Positions 36,601-44,639 of a stretch of 64,000 nucleotides of DNA are shown here, piece by piece. This stretch comes from Myxococcales bacterium (GTDB lineage Bacteria; Myxococcota_A; UBA9042; JABWCM01; BTVJ01). The translations under genes and the position numbers were made by a program. The stretch covers positions 75,309-139,308 of the forward strand of contig BTVJ01000014.1 in the NCBI GenBank assembly GCA_045863395.1, read 5' to 3'. Under the pieces are notes generated by a model that saw only the letters and a program-made list of their open reading frames with translations, was not told the DNA's origin and did no database searches. Position 1 is the first letter of the stretch. Each line of letters starts with the position of its first letter.

Positions 36601-39037
36601 GGACCTCTCCCTCGCCGACCTGCGCCCGTGGGTCCCCGCGCCGCCCTCCGGAGCGCCGTTGAGCGGCACCATGCGGGCCCGCGTCAACGTCGCCGGGCCG
36701 CGCTCCAGTCCCCTCGGCACCATCTCCCTGACGGTGCTGGACGTGGCGCTCGGGCCCCTCAAGAAGGCGGAGCTGCGAGGGCAGATCACCCTGGACGAGG
36801 CCGGCACCCACGGGACCGTGGCCGCCGCCCGGGGGGGCAAGGGGCTCCTGCGGGCCACGCTGGCGGCCCCCGTGAACCTCGCGTGGGTGGCGGCCCACCC
36901 GGACCCGGCGCGAGCGCTCGCGGACGGCCTGTCGGAGCGCCCGTTCTCGCTGCGACTGGAGCTGGACGACCTGCGCCTCGCCGAGCTCCCTTACACGGAG
37001 CCGCTGGGCCGGGAGCTGCGTCGCGTCATGGTGGGCGCGGACCTGGCGCTGTCGGGGACCCTCGGGGAGCCACGGGTGGAGGGGAGGCTCCGTGCCAGCG
37101 ATCTCCCCCTCGGGAACGGGAGGGGGCGCGCTGCGGTGACACTGGCCACAGAGGAAGAAGATCTGTCCGTCGACCTGCTCCTGAGCACGCGGACGAGGCG
37201 CCTCCTCGAGGGTCACGTCCAGCTCCCCCGGGCGGTGACGGGACTCCTCCGGGGGTTGGACCCCATGGAGCTGCTGAAAGACCCGCTGCTGCTGGTCTGG
37301 CTGGCGAGCGAGCTGGACGTGCCGACCTTGGCGGAGCTGCTGCCCGGAGTCGGCGTGCTGCTGGGCAACGCGGTGTTCGATCCCCAGCTCCTGCTCACCG
37401 TCGTCGCCCGTGGCGATCCACTGGGCCCCACGGCACACGTGGTCGCCTCCTTGGCCAGCGCGGGCAAGCGCGTGCCGCCGGAGCAGCAGGGCATCGCGCG
37501 CAGCGTGCACGTCGCCCTGGAGCTGCTGCCCGGCGGCACCCACCTGTCGACGGTGATCGATCAGGGGGAGGGGCGAGGGACGCTGACGGCGTTCGGATCC
37601 ATCGGCATCGGCTCGGGGGACCTGATCTCCCCGGGCACCATCCCGGCTGATCCGGCCTTGCGGGGCATCGTCGAGTCCCGCTCCTTCGATCTGGCGGGCC
37701 TCTCCCGGCTGCTGCCCGACGTGTTCGGGCCCTCGCGGGGGGCGCTGACGGTCGACCTGACGCTGGGGGGCACGGTCGGTCGTCCGACCCTCTCCGGGGC
37801 GCTGGAGGCCTTCTTCGAGGAGCTGTCCCTGGCGATCCTCGGGCTCAATCGGAGCGACGCCATGCTGCGTATCGACATCGACAGCGACGCGGGACGCCTC
37901 GTGCTGACCCCCATCCGCTGGGAGGATGGCGGCGGCTCCCTCGATCTGGAGCTGGCCATGGACGTGCCAGCGCTCGACACGGCGGTGATGAGGCTCCAGG
38001 GCAAGGTGGACCTCCAGTCGTTCCAGGTGCTCAGGCGCGGAGACGTGCGGGCCAAGCTGTCTGGTGAGGTGGAGCTGGCGGGGACCCTGGCGGCGCCCTC
38101 GGTCCGCGGCAACGTGACGGTGGACGACGCGCTGATCGACCCCCAGGTCGGGAGCCGCAGCCTTCGTGACATCGGGCCCCCAGAGGACGTGGTCTACGCT
38201 GCCGCGTGGGAGCTGGAGGCCCTGCGCTCTGCCACGGGGGGGCAGCCCGTGCAGGCGCCGAGGAACGGCCTGGTGCTGGAGCTGGGGGTGACCATTCCGC
38301 CCCGGGCAGCCCACCTGCGCAGCGCCATGCTGGACATCTTCGTGGAGGGCGACCTGCAGATTCAGCGCTTCGGTGGCGGGACGTCCATCGAGGGCGTAGT
38401 GAGCGTGGTCGAGGGGTCGGTGGAGCTGGAGGGCCGGCGGTTCGTCATCGCCGAGGACTCGCGGGTGATCTTCGGAGGCGGCCAGTCCGTGGACCCCCTG
38501 CTTCAGATCATCGCCGACTTCGACATCGCGGACGTGGACCTCAGCCCGATCGGGCTGTCCGCCGAGGCCGGCTCCCGCATCTCGGTGGAGGTGAGCGGCC
38601 GCGCGAGCCAGCCCCGGGTGACCTTGCGGAGCGACCCGCCGATGGACGAGACCAACATCATGTCCATCCTGCTCCTGGGAAACCCCCTCGGCGGTGGCGG
38701 CGCGGAGGCGACCGCCGCCCTGGAGCGCGGCGCCACGGGCGTGTTCGTGGGCGCGGCCACGGGCCGCTTCACCCGCCTCGTGCAGTCGGCCCTGTCCATC
38801 GACGTCCTGCGGGTCGAGGGCGGTGAGCAGAGCCTCGCCGACGCCAAGGTCACGGTCGGCAAGCGCATCACCCGCGACCTGCTCCTGATGTACCACGCCA
38901 ACCTGGGCGCCAAGGAGGGCGAGAACGCCAACGAGGTCCGCGTCGACTACCGCATCTACAAGGGCCTCCACCTGGAGACCCGCTTCGGCGACGCGGGCCG
39001 AGGCACCCTGGATCTCATGTACCGTTGGCGGTACTGA
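33641..39037 (+). CDS. tamB: Translocation and assembly module TamB-like protein
   Basis: ATG overlaps the tamA stop; N-terminal TM anchor; long beta-rich body with G-T-L-x-x-P repeats; DUF490-like C-terminus (SDPPM, VGKRIT, YRWRY). Confidence 0.88.
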   Translation: MARQPKTPKRRSRLRRVLRWLLIGLGSLLGLVVLAVGAVLVLLHTDWGRAVAARAGLRALNDMVRGEVRVERLEGSVFGGLAVVGAEVRDPEGELVASAARIEVEWDPWALLGERVAIHRVRVVEPSFTLGDAEGRIAVARAFEPVSPSVSPPSTEPSAWAILVERAVIERGTFSMGPGQGELHVADLELDVAVSVVLAGDLVWEGLELSATIPPVGAVRVASSGRLGPAGLRIDAARVEAAGSRVVARGRVGTLDRPRGDVNIEARLDLDAVAAALPDVPLTGTMDVSGRLHGGYDGATLALRLDGAGGHATAQAWAALASGGMRWEASVQGRKLAPGRVMRGLDLPLVADVDVTARGKGGIPAGRASASVELLRLEGAPAPPLPLTLAATLDDGRARAHVRSAGKGVERVDVWADARIAEPRAGLEKGAPARVTPAAAAPLGGTVGWDVRGLDLRLIGALTGMPDLAGRVDVLSGVARAALPDGGAPSVSATVALTAHEVHAQGVDAERVQLRGAGSWAGGLPDAAVDVTVNGARGYDGAVSRVRASVRVAERGGEAHARGRVRVDDARWREAAVAHLTVPFEATSPLDARRLPVGRVAVSLQDARFEEHSIATLSTDQVLTHVGRSDRTTGPLRATGLRSGGMSLASVTGRVGARKGGVTGLVRIDAALAALGARLGPHERAARVGLDARVRLTPGRAGVAAEGTVEVQDLRAARLVQVAAARARFDAVVGRGNPVANATVQATGVALPERTLDSVDLRAALAADGRVSLAGSAQGGDVRLSVDATGALPRGPRDPIAVTLRELRLEGPEAGIASTGSATVRIDPGGDLEVRGLELAGLGELPGSIVVDGAWGPRRFDGRVDVRALPVARWVEAARHLTGLDTIALPGVEGTVTVEATTAGPPGAPTIYAKVGVEGGAVGGMDGVGANLEAWLEPGWAHVKGHAAWRGESRIELDVRVPFAVSAVPLAFTWVEDQPVSARVDLEDLSLADLRPWVPAPPSGAPLSGTMRARVNVAGPRSSPLGTISLTVLDVALGPLKKAELRGQITLDEAGTHGTVAAARGGKGLLRATLAAPVNLAWVAAHPDPARALADGLSERPFSLRLELDDLRLAELPYTEPLGRELRRVMVGADLALSGTLGEPRVEGRLRASDLPLGNGRGRAAVTLATEEEDLSVDLLLSTRTRRLLEGHVQLPRAVTGLLRGLDPMELLKDPLLLVWLASELDVPTLAELLPGVGVLLGNAVFDPQLLLTVVARGDPLGPTAHVVASLASAGKRVPPEQQGIARSVHVALELLPGGTHLSTVIDQGEGRGTLTAFGSIGIGSGDLISPGTIPADPALRGIVESRSFDLAGLSRLLPDVFGPSRGALTVDLTLGGTVGRPTLSGALEAFFEELSLAILGLNRSDAMLRIDIDSDAGRLVLTPIRWEDGGGSLDLELAMDVPALDTAVMRLQGKVDLQSFQVLRRGDVRAKLSGEVELAGTLAAPSVRGNVTVDDALIDPQVGSRSLRDIGPPEDVVYAAAWELEALRSATGGQPVQAPRNGLVLELGVTIPPRAAHLRSAMLDIFVEGDLQIQRFGGGTSIEGVVSVVEGSVELEGRRFVIAEDSRVIFGGGQSVDPLLQIIADFDIADVDLSPIGLSAEAGSRISVEVSGRASQPRVTLRSDPPMDETNIMSILLLGNPLGGGGAEATAALERGATGVFVGAATGRFTRLVQSALSIDVLRVEGGEQSLADAKVTVGKRITRDLLLMYHANLGAKEGENANEVRVDYRIYKGLHLETRFGDAGRGTLDLMYRWRY

Positions 39038-39050
39038 GCCCTCGGGGGGC

Positions 39051-39079
39051 TTGAAGCGGCCGCCGGGCAGGTCTACCGT
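39051..39079 (+). promoter_or_regulatory. Candidate sigma70 promoter
   Basis: TTGAAG-N17-TACCGT upstream of GGAGG and ATG 39105. Confidence 0.45.
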
Positions 39080-39104
39080 CAGGAGGCGACGTGGAGGTGT
39101 CCTC

Positions 39105-40103
39105 ATGCGATGGATCGTGGCGGTAGCGGTGCTCGGGTGGGCCGGAGGAGCGCGCGCCGGCGCCATGGAGGACTGCACGAAGCATGTGGGCTGCCTCGAC
39201 TACTACGACTGCGAGGACCCGTCCAAGTGCACAGGCAAGTGCAAGCCCCCCGCGACGGAGCTCTGGACCAAGCTGGAGAGCTGCGGGGTCCAGTACTCCT
39301 GCTCCAAGGTCTTCGACTTCCAGGACTACGCCGCCTGCCTGCAGAAGAAGTGCGCCGCCCACTGGGAGAAGTGCGTAGGACCCGACGAGCCCGAGCCCGA
39401 AGGGTGTGGCGACGTGTCCTGGGAGGGGGAGTGCGACGGGGACACCGTGCTCTGGTGCGAGGGCGGAGCGGTGCTGTCCCTGGACTGCGCCGAGGACGGC
39501 CAGGGGTGCGGCTGGTCTGACGAGGGCGGGTACTACGACTGCGTAGAGGTGGGCGGGGGCGGAGGCGGGTGCGGCGGGCTCAACGAGGAGGGGGAGTGCG
39601 ACGGCGCTCGGGTGCGGTGGTGCGAGGGCGGCACCCCACGGTCTCTCGACTGCGCCGAGGGAGGCGAGTCCTGCGGCTGGTCCGACGAGGGTGGGTACTA
39701 CGACTGCGTCGAGGGTGGGGGTGGCGGTGGGGGCAGCGGTGGGGGCAGCGGTGGGGGCGGCGCCGGTGGTGGGGGCGCCGGTGGTGGGGGCGACGCCGGT
39801 GGTGGGGGCGACGCCGGTGGTGGGGCCAGCGGTGGCGATGCCGACGGCGGCGGTGGGGCCAGTGGCGGCGGCGCGAGCGGGGCGCGAGGCACCTCGGGGA
39901 GCGGCGACCCGTCGGGCGGCGGCTCCGCGCCGAGCGGGGTCATTGGGGGCGAGGGCTCCGGCCCCACCACCACGACCACGACGAGGCGGATCCGCACTGA
40001 CGGCTGCGAGTCGCGTGAGGCGCCGGTGGGCGCGGCCGGCGCTCTGCTGGCGGGGCTGGCGTTGCTGTCGTGGCGGCGGGCGAAGGGGCACCGCAACCGG
40101 TAG
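39105..40103 (+). CDS. Secreted Cys-rich protein with Gly-rich linker and MYXO-CTERM-like sorting tail
   Basis: Signal peptide; two EGECDG...WCEGG...LDCA...CGWSDEGGYYDC modules; tail DGC...hydrophobic helix...WRR. Confidence 0.78.
   Translation: MRWIVAVAVLGWAGGARAGAMEDCTKHVGCLDYYDCEDPSKCTGKCKPPATELWTKLESCGVQYSCSKVFDFQDYAACLQKKCAAHWEKCVGPDEPEPEGCGDVSWEGECDGDTVLWCEGGAVLSLDCAEDGQGCGWSDEGGYYDCVEVGGGGGGCGGLNEEGECDGARVRWCEGGTPRSLDCAEGGESCGWSDEGGYYDCVEGGGGGGGSGGGSGGGGAGGGGAGGGGDAGGGGDAGGGASGGDADGGGGASGGGASGARGTSGSGDPSGGGSAPSGVIGGEGSGPTTTTTTRRIRTDGCESREAPVGAAGALLAGLALLSWRRAKGHRNR
39714..39832 (+). repeat. G-rich coding minisatellite (12/15/18-bp units) encoding a poly-Gly linker
   Basis: ggtgggggcagc x2 and ggtggtgggggc(gac)gcc units. 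Confidence 0.7.
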
Positions 40104-40115
40104 CGCGACGGCGGG

Positions 40116-40514
40116 TCAGTCGTTCAGGGCGGCCCGCGCCTCCTCCCCGGTGCGCAGGATCAACGGTCTCAGGCGCAAATCCAGCTTCAGCCAGGCCCGC
40201 TTCGCCTCGTCGGGGACCCCGTGGTCCTCCAGCACCTGTCGCAGGATGGCGTGGCGCCGGTCGAAGTGCCCGGGCAGGATGGGCAGTGCCTCGTGAGCCT
40301 CCCGGACCGGCTTCCCCGTATACTCCACGGCGCCGCCAAGGGCTCGCCCCATGAAGCGCGTCTGCATCTCGACCAGGTGCTCCTTGGGGTGGGGCTGGAA
40401 GAAGAAGCCGATGAGGATGTCCGCGTACAGGCGGTCATAGAAGTCCGCGAGGATGCGCCGCAGGCCGTCCAGGCCGCCGAGCTGATCGAGGGTCGGTGGT
40501 GTGGGGGGCGTCAT
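40116..40514 (-). CDS. Group I truncated hemoglobin
   Basis: LGG..G....FYDR...D..I.FFF, LGG...YTG, proximal AH, HF. Confidence 0.85.
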   Translation of the reverse strand: MTPPTPPTLDQLGGLDGLRRILADFYDRLYADILIGFFFQPHPKEHLVEMQTRFMGRALGGAVEYTGKPVREAHEALPILPGHFDRRHAILRQVLEDHGVPDEAKRAWLKLDLRLRPLILRTGEEARAALND

Positions 40515-40521
40515 CGAGCAG

Positions 40522-40550
40522 AGCCTACATCCGCGGTGTGTCTGGCGCCA
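40522..40550 (-). promoter_or_regulatory. sigma70 promoter implying a leaderless globin mRNA
   Basis: TGGCGC-N17-TAGGCT-N7-ATG. Confidence 0.45.
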
Positions 40551-40677
40551 GCGGCGGTGTTGCCGCGTTGGAAGAGAGGGCAGGGAGGAGAAGCCCCGGT
40601 CGAGATCGGCTGGCTGGCACGTCTCCTGGGTGTCCTCGGGCTCCTCCTCCCCGCGCCTGTCTGCTTCAACCCGCCGC
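40551..40677. other. Long imperfect inverted repeat (candidate ncRNA or MITE/REP-like element)
   Basis: GGGAGGAGAAGCCC (40583-96) pairs 13/14 with GGGCTCCTCCTCCC (40638-51); GCGGCGG (40551-57) pairs with CCGCCGC (40671-77); intermediate stems also pair. Confidence 0.45.
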
Positions 40678-40702
40678 GCGCGCCCAACCTTCCCACCAAG
40701 GC

Positions 40703-40731
40703 TTGCGCTGCCACTCCCGCGCGCGCACGAT
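40703..40731 (+). promoter_or_regulatory. sigma70 promoter implying a leaderless HAD mRNA
   Basis: TTGCGC-N17-CACGAT-N6-GTG. Confidence 0.45.
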
Positions 40732-40737
40732 GAACCC

Positions 40738-41328
40738 GTGGATGGCCGACCCACACTGCTGCTCGACGTCATGGGGACCCTGGTCCACGACCCCATCCAC
40801 GACGCGATCCCCGGCTTCTTCGGGACCTCGCTGGAGGCGCTCGTCCCGCAGCTCCGCGCGGGCCTCTGGGTGGACTTCGAGCTCGGGCGCATCGACGAGG
40901 CGACCTTGCTGACGCGCTTCTTTCGCGACGACCGGGCCTTCGATCACGGCGCGTTCCTGGAGCGACTGCGCGCGGCCTATCGGTGGCTCGACGGGGTGGA
41001 GGCGCTGCTCACCGAGCTCCAGCGGCGCGGGACCCCCATGCACGTCCTGTCCAACTACCCGGTCTGGTGGCGCATGATCGAGGAGCGGCTCGGGCTGTCG
41101 CGCTACCTGCCCTGGACCTTCGTGTCCTGCCGGACGGGGGTGCGCAAGCCCGCTCCCGAGGCGTACCTGGGGGCGGCGCGGGGCTTGGGCATCGCCCCCG
41201 ACCGGTGTCTCCTCGTCGACGACAGGGAGGGTAACTGCGAGGCGGCGTGGGCGGTCGGCATGCCCGCCGTCCATCGAACGACCCTGGCTGCGCTTCGCTC
41301 CGACCTCGAGGCGCACGGACTCCTGTGA
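40738..41328 (+). CDS. HAD-superfamily phosphatase
   Basis: Motif I LLDVMGT, II LSN, III RKP, IV VDDR..N. Confidence 0.88.
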   Translation: MDGRPTLLLDVMGTLVHDPIHDAIPGFFGTSLEALVPQLRAGLWVDFELGRIDEATLLTRFFRDDRAFDHGAFLERLRAAYRWLDGVEALLTELQRRGTPMHVLSNYPVWWRMIEERLGLSRYLPWTFVSCRTGVRKPAPEAYLGAARGLGIAPDRCLLVDDREGNCEAAWAVGMPAVHRTTLAALRSDLEAHGLL

Positions 41329-41336
41329 GGTGACCC

Positions 41337-41519
41337 ATGGAGCGCTGCATCGAGACACGCTGCCCGACCTGCGGCGAGCTCACCGCCGTCAGCGTCGACC
41401 TGGACGAAGGGCACGGCGAGGTGGCGGAGGACTGCCAGGTCTGCTGCCGGCCCCTCCACGTGACCGTGGAGGTGGACAGGGGCGAGATCGTGCACGTGGA
41501 GACCGGCTCGGGCTGGTAG
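41337..41519 (+). CDS. CPXCG-motif small Cys-rich protein
   Basis: CPTCGE...VD...EDCQVCCRP; GAGG RBS. Confidence 0.88.
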   Translation: MERCIETRCPTCGELTAVSVDLDEGHGEVAEDCQVCCRPLHVTVEVDRGEIVHVETGSGW

Positions 41520-41533
41520 ACGCCAGCGCGGCG

Positions 41534-42394
41534 TCACGGACCGGCGATGGCGCGGACGACCACGCTTGCACACGTCAGCCCGAAGGTGCCCGTGACGAAG
41601 CTGGCGGTGCCGTAGATGACGTTGCGGTCCTCGCAGGAGTGGAGGTCGTTCTTGCCACCCGGGCATACGCACCGGAACCCCTGCCCGTCGTCGTAGTGAA
41701 GCTCCAGGGGCTCGCGGATGGGCTCCGTGGAGTACACGGCGGGGATCCCCAGCTCTCCCTTTCTCGGCAGCCCGTGGTTCTGGCGCAGGATCTTGCGGAC
41801 CGCCGCCGCCATGGGGTCCACGTGGGTCTTTGCCAGGTCGGCGACGCCGATGGCGGTCGGGTCCATGCGCCCCGACGCCCCGGTGGAGGTGACCACCTTC
41901 AGGCCGCGCTCCCGGCAGGTGACCAGCAGGTGGCACTTGGCGGTGATGTTGTCGATGGCGTCCACGATCCAGTCGGGTGCCAGCGCCAGGATGTCCTCGA
42001 ACGTGTTGCGGTTGTAGAACATCGTCAGCGGGTCCACGCGGGCCTGCGGGTTGACCAGGGCCAGGCGCTCCGCTAGCACCGTCGCCTTGTACTTCCCGAT
42101 GGTGCCCTTCATGGCCTGGAGCTGGCGGTTGGAGTTGGTGACGCACACCTTGTCGAAGTCCACCAGGGTCAGGCGCCCGACGCCGCTCCGTGCGAGGGCC
42201 TCGGCCGCGAAGGAGCCCACGCCACCGAGACCGATGACCATGACGTGCGACGCGAAGAGGCGCTCCATGGCCTCGTCGCCCACCAGCCGTCCCATGCGGT
42301 CGAAGCGCCGGTGGAGGCGGTAGCGGTCCTCGACCTCCGTGTCGGTGCGGGACGTGGCGGTGAGGCCCGCGGGAAGCTCACAGGCTCGGGTCAT
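41534..42394 (-). CDS. tcdA: tRNA threonylcarbamoyladenosine dehydratase (ThiF/E1-like)
   Basis: GLGGVGS, DFDKVCVTNSNRQ, VDAID, DP.A..VRK.LR, VYSTE, GT..FVT..FG. Confidence 0.9.
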   Translation of the reverse strand: MTRACELPAGLTATSRTDTEVEDRYRLHRRFDRMGRLVGDEAMERLFASHVMVIGLGGVGSFAAEALARSGVGRLTLVDFDKVCVTNSNRQLQAMKGTIGKYKATVLAERLALVNPQARVDPLTMFYNRNTFEDILALAPDWIVDAIDNITAKCHLLVTCRERGLKVVTSTGASGRMDPTAIGVADLAKTHVDPMAAAVRKILRQNHGLPRKGELGIPAVYSTEPIREPLELHYDDGQGFRCVCPGGKNDLHSCEDRNVIYGTASFVTGTFGLTCASVVVRAIAGP

Positions 42395-43191
42395 GGGGCC
42401 TCCGTCAGAGTGGGGAAGAGGGCACGGGCGTTGCGCGCCGTCAGCTCGGCGATGTGGTCCGGGGCGACCCCGCGCGCCTCCGCCACGGCGGCGACCACCA
42501 AGGGCAGGTGGGCAGGCTCGTTGCGGCCTTGGACGGGAGTGGGCGGCTGGTCCGGCGCATCCGTCTCCACCAGCAGGCGGTCCTCGGGGACCAGGCGCGC
42601 GGACTCGTGGAGCCGCGTCGCGCCGGGCCGCGCCACGGGGCCCGCGAAGCTGACGTGCAGCCCGAGGTTGACATAATCGCGGACCAGATCCGGGGGCCCG
42701 CTGAAGCTGTGGATCATGCCCCCCGCACGGGGGAGGCCGTCCTGCCGCAGCACCTCCAGGGCGCGCCCGTGGGCATGGAGGATGTGGAGGACCACGGGGA
42801 GGTCGCGATCCCGAGCCAGCGCGAGCTGCTGCCGCAGGGCGTGCTCCTGGCGGTCGAGGGTCGCCCGCAGGGCAGGGGTGTAGCCATCGAGGCCCACCTC
42901 TCCGAGGCCGGCAGGGGGCGTCATGCTGGGCGCGTCGAGGGTCATGTCCAGCGCGTAGAGCAGCGCCGCCAGGGAGTCCTCGCTCACCTCGGCCACCACG
43001 CGGGGGTGGACGCCGTAGGTGACGGCGACGCCTGGGGTGGAGCGCGCCAGCTCGTCCTGCGCCCGCCAGCCGGGCGGGTCCACGCCAGCGACCACGAAGC
43101 CGCGCACTCCCGCTGCCCGGGCCCGGGCCACCACATCCGCGCGGTCCGGCGCGAAGCGGGCGTCGTCCAGGTGGCAGTGCGCGTCGATCAC
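42391..43191 (-). CDS. tatD: TatD family hydrolase
   Basis: IDAHCHL, GVHP, GEVGLD, HSFSG, LLVETDAP, RNEPA; GTG 43191 overlaps the upstream stop. Confidence 0.92.
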   Translation of the reverse strand: MIDAHCHLDDARFAPDRADVVARARAAGVRGFVVAGVDPPGWRAQDELARSTPGVAVTYGVHPRVVAEVSEDSLAALLYALDMTLDAPSMTPPAGLGEVGLDGYTPALRATLDRQEHALRQQLALARDRDLPVVLHILHAHGRALEVLRQDGLPRAGGMIHSFSGPPDLVRDYVNLGLHVSFAGPVARPGATRLHESARLVPEDRLLVETDAPDQPPTPVQGRNEPAHLPLVVAAVAEARGVAPDHIAELTARNARALFPTLTEAP

Positions 43192-44459
43192 GGGCACTCG
43201 CGGATCATGCGATCCAGGCGGTCGAGGCCCTCGCGCACCGCGCCGGCGTCGGGGCCGTAGCTGATGCGCACGTACTGCTTGAGGCGCGAGGGGATGTGGC
43301 TCCGCCGCTTGCCGGGGTTCACGTCGAAGAACTCCCCGGGCACCACGATGACCTTGCGCTCCAGCGCCTCGCGGAAGAAGCCCATGCCGTCGCGAAGCCG
43401 CGGGGGCAGGTTGTCCAGGGAGGCGAAGCAGTAGAAGGCGCCCTGCGGGGCGTTGTGTACGGTCAGCCCCATGGAGCGGACCCGCTCCAGGGTCATGCGG
43501 CGCTTCTCGCCGAAGGCGGCCTGGATGGCGCGGGCCTCCTGGGCGGCGACGTCCTCCTGGACGAGGGGCACTGCCGCCGCCTGGAGCGGGTGGGGTGGCC
43601 CGCCGTCGAGGAAGGAGCCGGCGGACGCGATGCGCTCGATGACCGCCCGGGGCCCCACGGTCCACGAGAGCCGGAAGCCGGGGTAGCGCCAGTTCTTGCT
43701 GAGGCCGTCCACCACCACGACCGGGTCTCGCTCCACGTCCTCCACGTAGGCGCAGGCGCTCACGGAGAGCTCGTCCGGCGCAGCATCGTAGAGATAGTGG
43801 CTGTAGAACTCGTCCACGATGAGCGTGCACGCCAGATCGTGGCAGATCTCGACGAAGGCGCGGAGCGCGCCCCCACGCACCACGTTCCCCGTGGGGTTGC
43901 ACGGGTTGGACATCAGGACGGCGCCGAGACCCCGTCCGACGATCTCTTCTCTCAGGCGCTCGGGGGACAGGGCAAAGCCGTCCCGGCGGTCGAGCACGAT
44001 GGGCATGGGCACGAAGGCACGGAACACGTCGAGGAGCTCCTCGTAGGCCGTGTAGTCGGGGAGCAGGTGCCCGAGGTGCACGTTGCCCAGCGTCGCGGCG
44101 ATGCGCGTCAGGCCGGAGCGCCCGCCCGACGAGATCGCCACGTTCTCCGCGTGGTAGCGGCTGCCCATGCCGCGCCGGTAGCGCCGGTTGTAGAGGTCGG
44201 CCACCGCCTCGCGCAGCTCGGGCAGCCCCGCCACGGGCGCGTACTCGCACATGGCAGCGTTGACCGCGATGTGCTCGATGCGGGGGGCGCTGCCGGGCAG
44301 CGGACCGGCCTCCGGGGCGCCCTGGCCCAGGTTGCACCAGTCGGGGTGCCCGTAGGAGAAGCCGCGCTGGGCGGCCTCGCTCATCACGTAGATCACGCCG
44401 GTGCGGGGCACGGGGCGGAAGCTCGCGAGTGAGTCTCGCGGCTCGGTGGGGAGCGCCAT
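43188..44459 (-). CDS. PLP-dependent class I/II aminotransferase
   Basis: NLGQGAP, GLPELREAVA, SNPCNPTG, DEFY, LSKNWRYPGFR. Confidence 0.93.
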   Translation of the reverse strand: MALPTEPRDSLASFRPVPRTGVIYVMSEAAQRGFSYGHPDWCNLGQGAPEAGPLPGSAPRIEHIAVNAAMCEYAPVAGLPELREAVADLYNRRYRRGMGSRYHAENVAISSGGRSGLTRIAATLGNVHLGHLLPDYTAYEELLDVFRAFVPMPIVLDRRDGFALSPERLREEIVGRGLGAVLMSNPCNPTGNVVRGGALRAFVEICHDLACTLIVDEFYSHYLYDAAPDELSVSACAYVEDVERDPVVVVDGLSKNWRYPGFRLSWTVGPRAVIERIASAGSFLDGGPPHPLQAAAVPLVQEDVAAQEARAIQAAFGEKRRMTLERVRSMGLTVHNAPQGAFYCFASLDNLPPRLRDGMGFFREALERKVIVVPGEFFDVNPGKRRSHIPSRLKQYVRISYGPDAGAVREGLDRLDRMIRECP

Positions 44460-44603
44460 GGGGTACCCTCGACGGTCCGAGCATCACGCGGGGCGGAGCG
44501 GCGTCCGCCCCCTCCAGAGGGCGGAATGGTGCCGGAAACGGGCTCTCGCGGTCAATGGTGGCGACGATGAGCGGCGTGGCCCCCTCCCGCGGGCTCCGCG
44601 GGC

Positions 44604-44632
44604 TCGACCGGGCGCCCGAATCGAGCTACCGT
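44604..44632 (+). promoter_or_regulatory. sigma70 promoter implying a leaderless MMPL mRNA
   Basis: TCGACC-N17-TACCGT-N7-ATG; no Shine-Dalgarno. Confidence 0.45.
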
Positions 44633-44639
44633 CGGCGCC

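Noticed and set aside
40551..40677. Naming the hairpin as 6S or SRP RNA
   Set aside because: No SRP GGAA-loop motif, shorter than a typical 6S RNA, and no clear central bubble; kept as unassigned.
42391..44487. 698-aa TatD fusion suggested by the ORF track
   Set aside because: The upstream part is an off-frame read of the aminotransferase; TatD starts at GTG 43191.
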